Shown here one piece after another: positions 62,865 to 64,000 of a DNA stretch of 64,000 bases; position 1 is the first letter of the stretch; each line of letters opens with the position of its first letter. The stretch is from a bacterium (GTDB lineage Bacteria > UBA8248). Made by a program: the position numbers and the translations under genes. The stretch spans positions 32,001 to 96,000 of the forward strand of contig CBDBZU010000004.1 in NCBI GenBank assembly GCA_965213625.1, given 5' to 3'. Under the pieces are notes generated by a model. It saw only the letters and a program-made list of their open reading frames with translations. It was not told the origin of the DNA and made no database searches.

Positions 62865-63695
62865 TCAACGCCAGTTTCTCGTTTCGAGGATTTTCCTGAA
62901 CCCAGGGATTTCCACCGCTTTTGAGGCTTCGACGCGCTCGACCTCACCTGCCTTCACGATGAAGAAAAATAACTTTTTGTAGATGCAGCCGGCGGGGCAA
63001 TCCCCCCACGCCTTGCGGACAACGACATGCCAGGCGTCGCCCGTTTTCGACGCTTCGATGTCAGAGCCGTCCCCCAGGTGCGCATCGGCTTCGGCGTACT
63101 CGACGCCCGCTATCTTAATGTAAGACTGCTGCGCCGCCCGGATGTTCAGGCGCTCGCTCAAGTGAATGACGAGGACGCCCGTATGTCGATAAGGACGCAC
63201 GGCCCGAAGCCCGAGCTTGGCGTTCAAGGCGTCGAACGCGCGATTCCCGGTGCGCAGCTTCACGGGTCCGTTTTTACCTTCAAGAAGGCTGGCGACAGCT
63301 TTGAACAAATCGGGTTTTACGCCCAGGAGAAGCACTCCGGGCAGGTGGTCCGCACGGACGAAAATTTTCGCTATCTCAGGGTGCGCGTATCTCAGCCGCT
63401 TGAGCACTCCCTCGATCTCGCGGGCAAGTTCGCGCCGCTGCTTCTCATCAAGGAGCAAGTCCTTGCTTTCTCTCGCCAGGATGCGGTGGGCCAGAACGGC
63501 CGCCTCGGAGAACGCCGCAGACTTTGTGGAATCGGCGCGTACGACCATCGGAGCCGTAGCCGCTTCCGAGGCTTGCGCCCTGGAGGAAACAACCCAGGCT
63601 ACAGACAGAAACAGGCAAACCGCCGCGAAGCGTAACCACTCCTTCGGGAAGGGATTTCCGCAATGCGTTCTATGGTGAGACAAACCCCCTTTCAT
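62865..63695 (-). CDS. Hypothetical exported protein
   Basis: Signal-peptide-like N-terminus; C-terminal AWGDCPAGC. Confidence 0.6.
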   Translation of the reverse strand: MKGGLSHHRTHCGNPFPKEWLRFAAVCLFLSVAWVVSSRAQASEAATAPMVVRADSTKSAAFSEAAVLAHRILARESKDLLLDEKQRRELAREIEGVLKRLRYAHPEIAKIFVRADHLPGVLLLGVKPDLFKAVASLLEGKNGPVKLRTGNRAFDALNAKLGLRAVRPYRHTGVLVIHLSERLNIRAAQQSYIKIAGVEYAEADAHLGDGSDIEASKTGDAWHVVVRKAWGDCPAGCIYKKLFFFIVKAGEVERVEASKAVEIPGFRKILETRNWR

Positions 63696-63739
63696 CTTGT
63701 CGAACCTCCATTAAGGGCCTTGCTATCCATAGTATCCTC

Positions 63740-64000
63740 TCATCCAGCAGCCCGCAGGCGGGGTCCAAGCCATATTCCCCAAGCCGCCAGCACGAGCAAC
63801 CCCGTAAATGCGGCCGCCCACGCGACCCCGCCAGTGGGGAACAGTATGACGGCCACGGCTACCACTCCATAAATCGCGCGCTCGGGGAGACGCAAAGGGC
63901 CTTTGAGATATCCGCTGAGCGCCACCGCCCAGGCGCCCGTCGCGCAGAACAGCGAAACGCACGCAAGGGCGACCCAGCCCAAATCTCCCTGCCCCAGCAG
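63740..64000 (-). CDS. C-terminus of a probable TRAP fused permease (5' end outside the window)
   Basis: Hydrophobic ...ALSGYLKGPLRLPERAIYG... typical of 4TM/12TM fusion tails. Confidence 0.55.
   Translation of the reverse strand: MLGQGDLGWVALACVSLFCATGAWAVALSGYLKGPLRLPERAIYGVVAVAVILFPTGGVAWAAAFTGLLVLAAWGIWLGPRLRAAG

Overview
A mosaic 64 kb window from a GC-rich bacterium. The gene content (Calx-beta autotransporter, REP/MITE repeats, Tct and TRAP transporters, many decayed mobile elements) suggests a host-associated organism such as a sponge symbiont, but this is inference only. Positions 1 to ~45 kb form an accessory island with five parts. (i) A type I restriction-modification operon (hsdM, HEPN toxin, MNT-HsdS fusion, second HEPN-motif gene, hsdR). 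(ii) Two inverted copies of a conjugative-element leading-region-like module (ssb, long hairpin, DUF4326, DUF2493/SLOG, ribbon-helix-helix gene), flanking an autotransporter adhesin with a pentanucleotide microsatellite and integrase remnants. (iii) A triterpenoid/sterol-type cluster: one ORF fusing a squalene epoxidase-like flavoprotein to an oxidosqualene cyclase (VSDCTAE motif), a GPP34/GOLPH3-cytochrome P450 fusion, and a convergent MMPL/RND transporter. (iv) Several pseudogenes (HU, P450, adhesin). (v) A nest of ORF-less group II introns, an IS110 element whose right-end non-coding region carries readable guides matching its own insertion site, and an IS66-type element carrying a DUF4338 gene. 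From ~45.7 kb onward the window is core-like catabolic DNA: two QueG/dehalogenase-like Fe-S proteins, a CoA transferase, a serine hydrolase, TctABC, a metallo-beta-lactamase-fold pair, an acyl-CoA dehydrogenase, VOC, RidA, two SAM methyltransferases and a DsrE-type protein. All calls come from motif reading by eye; no database searches were run.
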